A stretch of DNA of 62,916 nucleotides, counting the filler, from Saprolegnia diclina VS20 (Eukaryota), in the NCBI RefSeq assembly GCF_000281045.1. It is 6 parts of 3 records of this genome, joined end to end, with 100 filler letters (N's around TTAATTAATTAA, not from the genome) between each part and the next. Parts side by side here need not be neighbours in the genome. Positions count along the whole stretch, not along the records: positions 12,841 to 44,183 come from NW_008246107.1; positions 44,284 to 54,106 come from NW_008246107.1; 4 more parts are not named here. One strand, given 5' to 3'. The translations under genes were made by a program, and so were the position numbers. The notes beneath the pieces are model-generated. The model was not told the origin of the DNA, did not search any database, and saw only the letters and a list, made by a program, of their open reading frames with translations. Shown here piece after piece: positions 35,264 to 47,892 of the stretch. Every line of letters starts with the position of its first letter. Position 1 is the stretch's first letter.

Positions 35264-36313
35264 GCTCGTTGTCCACGGGGTAAAATTTCGAAATGACACC
35301 AGCATGGCCTTTTTCAGAGTGGCGCGAGCGGTGAGAGGACCAAGACATACCTATGCGCCAGCTGGTTTAGGGCGGCAGCACTGCATCTCTCGGGTGCAGA
35401 CATCTGTGTTGCCACACACAAATCCTAGTTCATGCTCACGATACCATTGTAAACCCTCGTCTTTCTCGCGCACGAGAAAGCACGGGCCATTCAGTGCGTC
35501 GGGCATTCATTTTGAATGAGCGGTGATCACTCGTTCGTTTCTCAGCACGGTTCCAGCTGAACCCTCGCCGAGCAGACGCGTTCGTTGCCAAAATGAACGC
35601 ATGGGGCAGTGAGTTACGCGGCGAGATCCGGGCGTGGACGTCATGTTCCCGTATCCGTCTCAAGGTCGACCAAGAAACTGCGTGTACCGCAAACGTCCCA
35701 GATGTGAGGCGTGGTTTTCGGGGCGCTGAGCATTGATGCACGCTTCCGAGAAATGGTGGCAGCAGGTGGCAAATGTGACAGAGCCTGGGCGGCTTCGACG
35801 CGTTGCGGACGGGCAGCGACAGTGGCGGGTGTGAAATCTCGCTGGCGGGACACGACCAACGCATAAACGGGCTTCCGGAGTTTCTAGCGGCGGGGCAGCT
35901 CGTGTCCCAACGCTGAGATTCGTGCTATTTATCTAGTGCACACAAGCTATATGATACATGGCACACTGTTTACTGTTTGTTCGTCGCGCGGTTAGACGCG
36001 CCTTTGACGCCATTGGCGACGCTTCATCATCATGATGAGTAAGGCGTGGTGCGTGCGGGTTGCATACAAACTGCTATACTAGAACAGGACATGATCCCCA
36101 ACAGCAATCGGAAAATGGCAACGCCGGCACCCGTGTCGCCCAAGAATGTCTTCCACAAATGTCGATGCAGCGCGGTGCATCATCGTGCGGACTGGGGCGT
36201 CGAAACGACACACCCTGCGTCAGCGGTTGGTGGAACGGCCTTGACCCAACACCGAAATCCAGGATGCAGTAACACAAATTACACCCCTTTGGCGGGTATT
36301 GCGCATCGACCGC

Positions 36314-38353
36314 TTACGGCTTGACTGTTGGTTCCCGCAGGCGCTGGAGTAGACTCTCGTTGGCGAGGTACAGCTGCTGGCACGCGCGGTCCTTCTCGTC
36401 GAGTTGCTTTATCGCACGTTGGACCTCGGCTTCAAGGTCAGATTTCTCGCGGCGCGCGGCGACGAGCTGCTTGGCGAGCTTCTCAAGCGCGTCCAGGAGG
36501 CCTGCCTGCTGGCCTGCCACGTCAGCGACCTCGGACGCGACCGCGTCGACCCACGTGGCAACGTCGGCAAGTGTTTGCACCGTATGTAACCTAGTGGATG
36601 GTGGGACTTTGCCCGCAACCAAGCGCAACTCGCGCAGGAGTCGGTCGAGCCGCTGGTGGAAGCGCGCCGTCGCACTCTCGAGAGCTGTCGCCACTTCGGC
36701 ACGTTGTGCGCGCACGTACACCTCCGTGCGCTGTGCGAGGTCGGCCTCGAGTGACGCAGTCACAGTCGCCAAGCGCGCCGCAAATTCCTTTTCGTATGCA
36801 ACCTGGAGCTCCTGGCACCGCCTGGCACTCTCGTCTCTGTGACGCGCTTCAAGGTCCCGTAGGTTGGTTGTGTGTATGTCGTGCATCTGCAAGGTGACGT
36901 CGTTCAGAACCCGCGTCTCGTCGATGGAAAGCTTGTGTTGTAGGCGCGCAACTTCGATGCGGTGCTGCCTATTGGCATCGGTGTATGTGAAAACACGACA
37001 CATTTAGCAAAGGGGGCAACTCCGCAAGGTGGGATTGCATCGCGTGTACTTTAGTCGTGAGTTGTGTCGCGTGACCGCTGGACAAAGTCTCTAATTCTTT
37101 CTCGAGAGCGACCTTGGCTCTGGCCTCGACGTCGCAGAGCTTGGCTTGCGCTTGACGGGTAAGCTGCTGCTGCAGCTAAAGAGGCGTTTTCGCAGCGTCA
37201 GACAACCTTGGCGTACATCCAGCATCCTACTTGATCCAAACGAAGCTTTGATCCCATGGAAAGGGCGTCCTCGAGCTTATCGAGCTCTTCCCGCATCACT
37301 CTGTCATGCCGTTCAAGGGTCTCGGCGCGCACCTTTGCCAGCGATGCTTCACGAGATGCAAGTAGTTTGCTCGCAGAAATTTCGCGCTCAGCTTGGAGTT
37401 CGCGCGCCAGGGCGGCTCGCGCCTCGTCTTCCACCTTGGCCTCTTCTGTCTACAAGTAACCAAGGAACTCGAAACTATTGCAGCTTGGAAAAAAGGCGGA
37501 CGTGATGCGCAGCTTCGATGGCGTGGATGACGCGTGTGCGCTCTTCGTCAAGCTCCGCCTGAAGCGCTGCTCGCCGCAGTTTGGACTCAACACAGAGCTT
37601 GTCCACGAGGCTTTGCTTCTCGAGCTCCATTTGATGCTCGTTGCGCAGAAGAATGTCGTTGAGCTCTCGCTGTCGCTGACTTAAGAGGTCCTGTCGGATG
37701 CGCGCCAGTAGCGCCTAGAATAAGTAATATGAGCTGGATGCGTTGCGCGTCGGATCCCTCCTTACGCACTTGATTGTCGTGCGAGAGTTGCTTCTTGGTC
37801 GTGTCAACGAGCTCCGCGGTTTCGGCATCCGCCTTGCGTACGTAAGCCCACTCTAAGCTTGGCCTGCTTGACGACTCGAATGACGAAGACGCAGATGGGG
37901 GCTGGACACGCGCCGGTGTATAACATGGGCGTCGTCCAAGCGACAAGGAGGTGCCGTCCTACGCTTGCATGAGAGCAATCCTACCGCAACTTGCAACGAG
38001 GAGAGTACATGGGTGACGCTGGCGAGTCCCCTTGGACGGTTGGTGTCGCTGCTTTTCTCAGACACACATCGAGACTCGCGCTCCAAATTTGCCAGCATGG
38101 CGTCAAAGCGAGCAGTGGTCGAGTCCATGGCACTCGGCGAGCGCACACTACCGTGCGCGCTGGCGGTGCAGCGCGAGAGCTCGGATTCGACGCCATCCAT
38201 TTCGTCCATAAGATCCGAGCACGCAGCCGATATGTAAGCTTCCGGAAGCATCTTCGTCGGTGACAAGGAGCGAGGCGAGCCATGGGCATATGCGAGAAGC
38301 GTCGCGTCGCCGGCGACTATGTCCTGCACGAGGCGTAGCGGGTCGTCGTCCAT
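36314..38353 (-). CDS. Hypothetical coiled-coil protein, multi-exon
   Basis: ORF pieces 37853..38353, 37198..37434 and 36314..37003 are heptad-rich and separated by short introns. Confidence 0.65.
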
Positions 38354-38743
38354 CAGGCAACGCGATCTTGAAGAGCACCAATCAACGCACGTGCAGAGTC
38401 CATGGAGCGATGTGATTCGTCACCTGTAGCCAATAGCCTCGCGGCCATGCTAGGTTGAAGCCACCAATAAGGTGGCATGGCTGTGGTGTAATGCCATGCG
38501 ATTCGAGTACATCTGTCGTGGCCTGGACCTCCTGGCCATGTGGAGAACGCCCTCCGATACAAAATCCGAGTCGCAGCCATTGGTCACCTCAACGGGGGTC
38601 ATCACAACGCCGTGTGTAGCAGCCTCACTGCGTCTCAGTATGCGCTGCTGAAACACGTACCCGCGGTAAAAGCGTGACTGCATTGGCCATGAGGCGGGTG
38701 TCGACAAAACTTCAATCGGTGCTTCCCCGATACGACGCCCACG

Positions 38744-40030
38744 ATGCGCTGCCGACCGGTCGTCCTGCATCTCTGGCTGTCGCTCGTCCTCTTAGCGTCC
38801 ACACGCATGCCTGCCGTCGTGTGTGCCAATATGACGGCGCAGAACGACACGCCGACTGCGACACCCGTGACAGTCACGACGCCGCCAACGCCAAGTCCCG
38901 TGCCGACGGACCCCCCGACACCAAGCCCGTCGCCATCCACGGTGACACCGCCCCCAACAACCACATCGCCGCCTCCAAGTACGACACCGCCACCCACCAC
39001 GGTGACCCCAGAGCCCACAACGACCCAAGCACCGACCACGACACCCCCACCGACACAAACAACGCCGACACCAACGACAACAATAGCACCCACTCCACTT
39101 CCCGAGGCTGTCATCACAACGGACGCGCCAACGATCCAACCGATGCGCGAAGCCGTGCCGACGATGGCGAAGGAGGTTGCTAGCTCCGCGCCGCCAGCTT
39201 CTTCACCTCCAGTCGCCGCGGCCGGCGCGTCGTGGAAGTTTTATGTCGCGATCGCAGCTGCAAACGTCGCGGTTGTCGCGGTCGTGCTCTTTGTGCTCTT
39301 CCGGCGGCGCGCGTCACGTCATCGGAAAACCATGGACTCATTCGAATCCTTCACGCCCCGCGGGGACCAGCGACCGTTCGACTCGAACAGCGTCGACGTC
39401 GACCTCATGGAAAGCAGCGTCGTGTCCTACGAGGTTCTCACGCCGTGCGAAAACATCGTCACAAGTGGCTACAGCAGTGTCGACCCGTCCTCGAGCATGC
39501 GCATGTCCAAACTGAGCTTCATGAGCGAGGGTGATGAGCCCCTTGAGAACGACGACCTCGACGACATGGTAGTCCTCTCGCATCCGCAGCATTTCGGCCC
39601 CGACGTGCACAAGGCGCGCTGGTCGGCGTTCAACATTCGTCCAGAGTTTCCAGGCAATATTTCGACGACGCTCCGCGCGACGTACCCATCATGGCAGGAA
39701 CGCCTAAGCAAGGGATCAAGCTCCCATGCGCTCGAGTCGAGCGTTGTCGACGACGACGATGAGCCCCCAACACCCGCGCACGACCCAGCGTTCCCGAAGA
39801 TGCTCAGTGCGCAGTCCAACTGGTCCCAATGGCAGGATGGCCACTCGTTCAGCGGGCACTTGAGCCAAGAGGACGATGACGCAACTACAAGCAGCATTGC
39901 CGAGTGGCACGATGGCGAGCGCGACAGCTACATGACAGACGACGCGCCGCGCATTAGTCTCGAGTCGGCGGGCGTTGATTGGCACCTGGGCTCTGCCGAC
40001 GACTGGCGTGACTCGAGGCTGCACCCGTGA
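38744..40030 (+). CDS. Mucin-like single-pass membrane protein
   Basis: Signal peptide, Pro/Thr-rich ectodomain, TM (FYVAIAAANVAVVAVVLFVLF) followed by RRR, and an acidic Ser-rich cytoplasmic tail. Confidence 0.85.
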   Translation: MRCRPVVLHLWLSLVLLASTRMPAVVCANMTAQNDTPTATPVTVTTPPTPSPVPTDPPTPSPSPSTVTPPPTTTSPPPSTTPPPTTVTPEPTTTQAPTTTPPPTQTTPTPTTTIAPTPLPEAVITTDAPTIQPMREAVPTMAKEVASSAPPASSPPVAAAGASWKFYVAIAAANVAVVAVVLFVLFRRRASRHRKTMDSFESFTPRGDQRPFDSNSVDVDLMESSVVSYEVLTPCENIVTSGYSSVDPSSSMRMSKLSFMSEGDEPLENDDLDDMVVLSHPQHFGPDVHKARWSAFNIRPEFPGNISTTLRATYPSWQERLSKGSSSHALESSVVDDDDEPPTPAHDPAFPKMLSAQSNWSQWQDGHSFSGHLSQEDDDATTSSIAEWHDGERDSYMTDDAPRISLESAGVDWHLGSADDWRDSRLHP

Positions 40031-40660
40031 TCGTCGGTCCGCTTCGTCGTCTTTCCAGTCGTGCGATAGATTAGTATTATTTTAAAAGCATCATCGCTTC
40101 TTGCCATCATGCCACTGCAAGAGCTGCCACTGCGTGGACGTTTTTCCGTGGCGGCGCAGTTGCGTGCGACTGTCACAGGCCATCGAACACGGGGGTGCTA
40201 CTCTCCCTTGATCACAGCCGTCTTGTGGGTCATCGTTTCGATGCATTGGGGCTAGCGTTTAATGTGACGCTTGTTTCTGCGGCCTCCAAGCTGGTGCATG
40301 CACGCGCCATGGATGGTTGTTGAGACTTCATTCGGTTGCGTACAGCAGTATCCAAGTGGCCAGACTTGGTGCCGGCGGCGCGCCCTGACCACACAAAGAT
40401 GTATCCAAGCGTGGCGCCACGGCTGGCCTTTCTGGGCGACCAGCTGCTATGGCGGAATTTAAACGTGTGTTCTCTCGTTTGCATACGAATGCCAAGTTTA
40501 AGGTCAAAGTGGGTATTTAAATGGAGGGCAGCAAGGACCAGATTGCACTGGCCTGCGGCCAATGAGCGGTCGTCTGGATCAGACGGGCGGCCAAGTCAAC
40601 TCGGCTTGCTTCCTCCATCATCTTCATCCGCGTCATTTTCCAACTGGACCAAGAAGCAGC

Positions 40661-41050
40661 ATGGCGCGTGAAGCTGTTGAAGAAGAGAGTACGTGCAAGT
40701 ACGTGTACAAGAAGTGCCTCAATGCGCGCACGACCAAGAAGAACGGCCACCTGCACTCTCTCTGCGAGTACCACCGCGCCAAGGCCAACTCGATCCAGAA
40801 AGCATATGCGACCAAGAAGCGGTCAATGCACAAGGCGCTCAAGAGCCCGACAGCGGTCGACGGGCCCATTCCGTTCGGTGGCGCGACCAACGTCTTTGAC
40901 GTCTCCGAGACCGAATGGCTTGACATCTTGGAAGCGCTCGGGGTCTCGCCGAGTGACAACCACGGCAACGACGACGTGCTAGTGAAGGATGAGTTTTTTA
41001 CGCTCGCCGACGACGACGTTGTGATCAAGGACGAGTGCATTGCTGTTTGA
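40661..41050 (+). CDS. Small oomycete-family protein with Cys/His motif (CxYxxKxC...HxLCEYHR.KAN..Q)
   Basis: CKYVYKKCLNARTTKKNGHLHSLCEYHRAKANSIQK followed by an acidic tail. Confidence 0.8.
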   Translation: MAREAVEEESTCKYVYKKCLNARTTKKNGHLHSLCEYHRAKANSIQKAYATKKRSMHKALKSPTAVDGPIPFGGATNVFDVSETEWLDILEALGVSPSDNHGNDDVLVKDEFFTLADDDVVIKDECIAV

Positions 41051-42378
41051 GCTCGGAAGCAAGTCCGCTCATCTTATTTACGGCGTCTGCTGGCGCGATT
41101 CAAGTACTCTACTACCTATAACCTATATAAACACAACGACACGATTTCAAAGCTAAGCTACGATTCCAAACGCCGATTCACTTCCCATTGTACCAGTCCA
41201 TCGCGCCCTGGCGGAGGATCGATCATACCACGAGGAGTTGCCACGAGGGAGCTCGAACGGAGTGGGTGCACCCATGGATTCGAACAAGATACTTCCAAGA
41301 TGCGAGCAAGGTTCGTGCTTGCTACAGTGTATTTGTTAGTGTATTTGCTGGTGGAACAGGCAACTGCTTCGACCCACGTGCATCGCGTTTTTCTGAAATC
41401 GCCCACTGTGTGTTTCCCGTCAAAAGTGCGATCAAGCGGGAAAACGTGGCGTGGACATATAAAAACGCACATCGATGTCGTCATGGTTGAAGCAAGCCCA
41501 CCGAGACAGTCGCGCATCACAGAACACGGGAGGATGTGTCGCGAGGCGAATATTTGCCGCCACAGCTGCAAAGAACCGCACCGTCGTCAAGTCGACACCG
41601 CTGGCAACCAAGTACGAAGACGCACAACCGGTGAGCTCTACACTGCACACAGGATACACGCGTTTGGCTGCAACGCGTTGCTCGCTATGCGTACTACCGT
41701 TATGTGGAAACAGCAGAAGGGCCAACTAGACCTCCCCGTACTTGTTTGACACATCTGCCGTTGCACGCCCGGCAGGAACACTACGGGCATTGGACTTTTT
41801 GATGGTTTGCGATGCCTGTGGTGGCAGTGGTTGTGTTCTATTAATTGTAGGTGTTATTGAGGGAAATTAGATCAGAGCGACATTTTTAGGGAAGCTGTAG
41901 ATTAAAGCGTCGTCCGAATTTGTTTCCTGGAATTTTGGGGTGCTTGAGGGCCATTGCCATCCCCGCATTGCAGGGTTCGAACGCTACCGTAGTGGGGAGG
42001 AAAGTGGGGTCTTCGAAAGGTTGTATGTAGCGCTGGTGCTGTGAGGGTAAATCAAATACGACACTCAATTGAATTCCTCGTGTAATTGATGAAACCCATC
42101 TGCAGCGTATATAAATTCAAAGAGTCCACGAATAGTTCCCTCTCGTTCACAAAATTGCGCCTCAATACGCTAGCCGTGAGAGGGTTAGGGCTCATACTTG
42201 CTTGTCGATGAGCTTGAACAGGAGGCATTAACAAAAAAATCACCGACACACACAGCACACACAGCTCAAGTTATTACTCTATATTGTGGCGGCGCTCACA
42301 ATCAACTAAATACGGGGTCCACAAGACGTGGAAAATATCACACGTTTGATGTATACTATGCTTGTACACGTGGCACGA

Positions 42379-43609
42379 TCAAAAGTCAGTGAACACATCC
42401 GAGGACGGCACCGACTGATTGCGCTTGTGCGGAGCGATGCCCCAAATGGGCGATCGTGGGCTCTCGGAAGTAAAGTCGTCGTCAAAGTTGCGCGTGCACT
42501 CGGAGCCGAGCACGCAAGGCTGGAACGGTGGTTCGTTCTGGCGTGCCCACACGTTGTTCCAGTCGACGCCGTCGAAGAATGGCTCGTCCATGGCCTTCGA
42601 TGCCGTGAGTCGCGTCGTGATCTATGAGTGACATGGCATGATGTACACTTCGGTGTGTTGTCGCACGTACGTCTGTCTCGAGGCATCCTTTGAGGAACGT
42701 GACGAAGGTCGGACTGAGTTCCGGCGGGTAATACACACGACTAGCGCGGATCGCTTTGAAGAGGTCAGGAAGCGAGTCCTCGTGCAGTTGGAATGGCGGG
42801 TGGCCGACCGCTAACTCGTAGCAAAAGCAGCCAAAGGACCACATGTCCGTTGCGGTCGAGTGGCCTCTGCGCGCAATCATTTCGGGGGATAAGTACTCAG
42901 GCGAGCCGCAGAACGAGTACGTTCGATCCGAGTCCCTACATAACGTTTTGGCATTCGGCTCTACGCTGAGCAAAACGACGTACCCGAGGTCTTTGCAGAA
43001 GCCAAAGTCCGCGAGTCGAATGTGGCCCTGCGCGTCGAGGAGGACGTTCTCGGGTTTCAGGTCGCGGTACACAATGTTTGCGCCGTGCAGAGACTTGAGC
43101 GCACAAAGGACTTCTGCCGCGTAGAAGCGCACGATTGCCTCGTTGAAATGATCGTGCTGGTGCAGGTGGTAGAAGAGCTCGCCACCGGGGCAGTACTCGA
43201 GCACGAAGTGGACTTCGTCCGGCGTCGCAAAAGTGGAAAAGAGCGTCACGACGAAGGGGTGGCCTCGGAGCTGCTCGAGGATCTTCTTCTCCGTCCATGT
43301 ATGCACGACTTGCTTGCGCTGCACGAGGTTTTGCTTATCACAGCTCTTGACCGCGTACACGTTGGAGGTGTGCCGATCCTTGGCGAGCGCCACTTGCTGA
43401 GCAAATGTGCCGCGGCCAATGACCTTGAGAAGCTGCAGGTCTGAGGGCTCGACCTCGGTGTCTGCCTCAAGCGATCGCTTCAGCGATGGCCGCCGCGCGA
43501 GCCCGTCTTCGATCGCTTCTTGGTTGGACAGGCCGGCCGCAAGCACATCTAGAGCGCAACTGCTAGTCGGCGACTCGGCGCCGCGCTGCGTGCACGCTTC
43601 GTCCGTCAT
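42379..43609 (-). CDS. AGC-family Ser/Thr protein kinase
   Basis: IGRGTFAQ, YAVK, GGELFYHL, YRDLKPEN, DFG, SFCGSPEYLSPE and an AGC tail (PFFDGVDW...PPF.P...TRNFDDDFT...FTDF*). Confidence 0.92.
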
Positions 43610-44283
43610 TTGGTTGGTGGTCGTGCTCTCCGTTGGCGCTTGGCTAGACGAGGCGGCGAGGCCAAGGACGACGAAGGCTGCGAAGATGACACGATGAGAT
43701 GCTGCCGCTTCCCACCTTGTTATCAAATGCTGCGAGCCACGCTTGTGAAACATCCAGTCGAAATATAATCGGGCAGGAAAGTCGACCAATGAGCTTCCGT
43801 GGATTTATTCCTTTCAGCCTATAAGAATACATATAAAGGTTGAGTGCAATATCCGCATAGCCATAAATGTGGGCAGGCTCTGTGTGTATTTAAAGACTTG
43901 TGCAATGCTTGTCGCCCATGATTGGCTACACGGCGCCACCGGGTGGTTCTGATCGGTTAAGATCTGTTCGGCTCTGCAGCGTCTGTCTTTTATTAATAAA
44001 AGAACAAACAGAGTTTCTTTTACGAAATTCGAAGCCTATTCTTTTCTTCTTATTTCGTGTTGGGGAAAAGGCGCCAAGAACGAGGCAGGGTCGTCCCAGT
44101 ACACACACTTGGACGGTGACCTATGAGGCGCATAACAATCAGACTTCAATTATACATGGTACGTGGCGACGAGGGACGGTGCGNNNNNNNNNNNNNNNNN
44201 NNNNNNNNNNNNNNNNNNNNNNNNNNNTTAATTAATTAANNNNNNNNNNNNNNNNNNNNNNNNNNNNNNNNNNNNNNNNNNNN

Positions 44284-47094
44284 CCAACGAAGAGATCGTT
44301 GAGGCTGGAGTCGGCAAACGGCGCGCACGAGCAAACGGCTCGGGGTCCGGTAGCTGGCGCGGCACTGCGACGGCATCACGCTCGGGCCCAAGTGGCCCCA
44401 CGTGGAACGTCGCTGGCGCAGCAGCAGTGTCGCAGATGATCACGGGTTCGTGGCTCGTCATCACTGCAGTAGCCGCACATAGAATGGCGGCTGGCTTGGC
44501 GCCGCACGAGATCACGTCGGGCGGACGGCCAGTAGAGCCGACGTCGCCGACGGCTGACCGTGAGGCAGCACTCCTGCCGGCCGAGACAGCGGTAGGCCGT
44601 GACGATGGCCACGGCAGTGGAGGAGCTCGAGCGAAAGGCTCGGGGTCCGGTGGTTTGGGCGACACCACCGTGGCATCACGCTTGGCCACATACGAGCCTG
44701 CGCGGAGCACCGTAGGCGCAACCACGTTACTGGCGACGACTTGAGCAACGGGCATGCTCGACGGTACCGGAGCGACCAAAGGGCACTTGGTGACCGACGC
44801 CTCAAGAGCACTCGTCGTTGTACCTGGCCCGGGGCAACCGGGCATTGGCACGTCGTCCGCACTTGTTGGATCCGCCCGCCGGGGCGTTGTTGCAGAGGCA
44901 CCGTGATACAGATCGGCGTCGTGCACAAGTTGATCGTCGACGGCGGGCGAGACGGTCCACGCATTTGGTAGCACCACCTTGGTGGACGTGGGACAACCCT
45001 GCACCACTGCAGAGCTATCCATGCTTGCAGCAGACCGATAATACGAAGCCGACCCACAAGGCGTAGGCCCACTGCCCCCATGCACGCAAGCATGCATAGA
45101 AGCGTGGTGCGCGGCGGGTGCTTGAGCATCGTCCGCGGCAGGAGGCGCACACGAGCGGAGCAGAGGCGCCACGTCGCCACTTGACGACAAGGACGGCGCA
45201 ACGACCAGCGGCGCCGGCGTCGCGTCATGCACCGTGTACGAAGCCACGGATACGTCGGCGCCATCGGTGGGTCCGGGCACTTGAGCCGGAGGCATCTCGT
45301 CGACGCACGGCGACGCGGGCGTCGCAGTTGCCCAAGGTGCTGGTCTGGCGGCCACAGCCGCGTTCATGTCGGCCAATGCGACACGAGCGCCGACGTTGGC
45401 ATCAGGTCCGACCAGATGGACCACATGCGCCGGGTCAGCGTACGACGACACGGGCGTCGCAGCAACCGAAGGCGCAAGCACCGCGGTGGCAGCCGCGGGC
45501 GTGACGACGAGAGCGGCACGAGGGCCGACCTTGTCGCCAGGTCCAGTCGAATGGACCAAAGGCGTCCACCCCGTCGATGGTTTGACGGGCAACGCAGGCA
45601 CCACGGCAACAGCCGAGGGCAAGACGGCGGGCACGACAAGAGCACCGACGTCGTCAGGTCCGAAAGTTTGGACCAAAGGCGCCCGCCCAATCGAAGCAGC
45701 GACGGGAAGCGCCGACACCGCAGCAGCTGCCGCGGGCAGGGTGACAGACACGGCGCGAGCACCGACGTCGTCAAAGGGTCCACTTAAACGGACCAGATGC
45801 GCCGTGTCGACAAAGGTCGACCCGGTCGAGGCATTGACCGGTGGCACCGGCGCCGCGGCAGCAGCCGTGGGCAAGACGACAGGCACAGCACAGGTGCCGA
45901 TGTCGTCGAAGGGTCCAAGCAGTCGGCCCGAAGGCACCCGACCAGTCGTAAAGTCGACAGGCGTCGCCGGCTCCGCGGCAGCAGCCGAGGGCAAAACGGC
46001 GGGCACGGATCCGAAAGGTTGGACCATGGGCACCCGGCCATTTGTGAAGGCGACCGGTGGCGCCAGCGACACCGCAGCAATCGAGGGCGCGACGGCGGAC
46101 TCGACGCATGGTCCGAAGTTGCCGGTGGATGCGCGTACCCCAAGTGCCACACCAGAGCTGATCGGGCTTGACGCAGACAGGCCAGGCGTAACCGACCCAC
46201 TGCCCCCATGAGGACAAGCACGCATCGCATCGAGAGACGTGGCCGGGTAGGGCAAGGGCGTTGACGCGACCCCATGGCTTACGCTTGGTGGAAGCGACTT
46301 GGCGGGCAGCGAGCCGCGGAAAGAGTCCACGGCCGCCTTGGCGAGACGTGAATCGGTATCGTCACCATTCGCAGCACTGGCGGCGAGTCGGCGAGCCAGC
46401 TCGCGATTAATGGTGGCTTCAACCGAGAGCGCATACAACGCCGCCTCTTGACGACGCGCTTCCTCCAAACGGAGCGCTTCTTCGCGACGCAGCACTTCCT
46501 CCCGGTAGAACGCTTCTTCAAGACGGGCCGCTTCTTCCCGGCAGCGCGCTTCTTCCAAACGCATCGCCTCGGCACGGGCTCGTGATTCCCAATGAGGGTA
46601 GTACGGCGCCGGCAGCGGCGCGTACTGAGCTGGCGGGGCATAATACCGTCGGCTCTCTTCGAGCAGCCACTCCTGGTGGCGAAGCTCTTCATCACGACGC
46701 TGCAGCTCACGGGCCTGCTCTTGGTATGACCACTGCGCGTCGTGCGGCGCCAAAAGGGGCGCGTGATCGACGTCCACATGATACGACGTGTACTGGTGAT
46801 ACGACGTGTACTGGTGCACGGGCTGCGGCGGCAAATGCGCCACATGGCCGTACGCATAAGACGGCTCGGCCATCGCGCACGGATGCCCGTACGTATCGAA
46901 CGGCTGTGCCGTCACGTACGGGTGGCCGACGGACTCCGCCAAACCGAAGCCGTAGGCCGGCCCACGCAAAACGGGCGCGGGCTGCTCGGGACGCTCGCCG
47001 CCGGCAGCGCCTGGCGAGTAGTACCCTTCAAAACGCCCAGACGTCTCCGGGCCACTGGACGGGACCTGCTGCCTAACGGCACGGCCGACGCCCA
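44284..47094 (-). CDS. Long low-complexity Ala/Pro/Val repeat ORF, open at both gaps, probably TE-associated
   Basis: About 935 codons with no stop or intron, containing an E/R coiled segment, degenerate repeats of about 40 aa and two PDPEPFARA motifs. Confidence 0.5.
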
Positions 47095-47892
47095 NNNNNN
47101 NNNNNNNNNNNNNNNNNNNNNNNNNNNNNNNNNNNNNNNNNNNNNNNNNNNNNNNNNNNNNNNNNNNNNNNNNNNNNNNNNNNNNNNNNNNNNNNNNNNN
47201 NNNNNNNNNNNNNNNNNNNNNNNNNNNNNNNNNNNNNNNNNNNNNNNNNNNNNNNNNNNNNNNNNNNNNNNNNNNNNNNNNNNNNNNNNNNNNNNNNNNN
47301 NNNNNNNNNNNNNNNNNNNNNNNNNNNNNNNNNNNNNNNNNNNNNNNNNNNNNNNNNNNNNNNNNNNNNNNNNNNNNNNNNNNNNNNNNNNNNNNNNNNN
47401 NNNNNNNNNNNNNNNNNNNNNNNNNNNNNNNNNNNNNNNNNNNNNNNNNNNNNNNNNNNNNNNNNNNNNNNNNNNNNNNNNNNNNNNNNNNNNNNNNNNN
47501 NNNNNNNNNNNNNNNNNNNNNNNNNNNNNNNNNNNNNNNNNNNNNNNNNNNNNNNNNNNNNNNNNNNNNNNNNNNNNNNNNNNNNNNNNNNNNNNNNNNN
47601 NNNNNNNNNNNNNNNNNNNNNNNNNNNNNNNNNNNNNNNNNNNNNNNNNNNNNNNNNNNNNNNNNNNNNNNNNNNNNNNNNNNNNNNNNNNNNNNNNNNN
47701 NNNNNNNNNNNNNNNNNNNNNNNNNNNNNNNNNNNNNNNNNNNNNNNNNNNNNNNNNNNNNNNNNNNNNNNNNNNNNNNNNNNNNNNNNNNNNNNNNNNN
47801 NNNNNNNNNNNNNNNNNNNNNNNNNNNNNNNNNNNNNNNNNNNNNNNNNNNNNNNNNNNNNNNNNNNNNNNNNNNNNNNACTACGAATGGGC

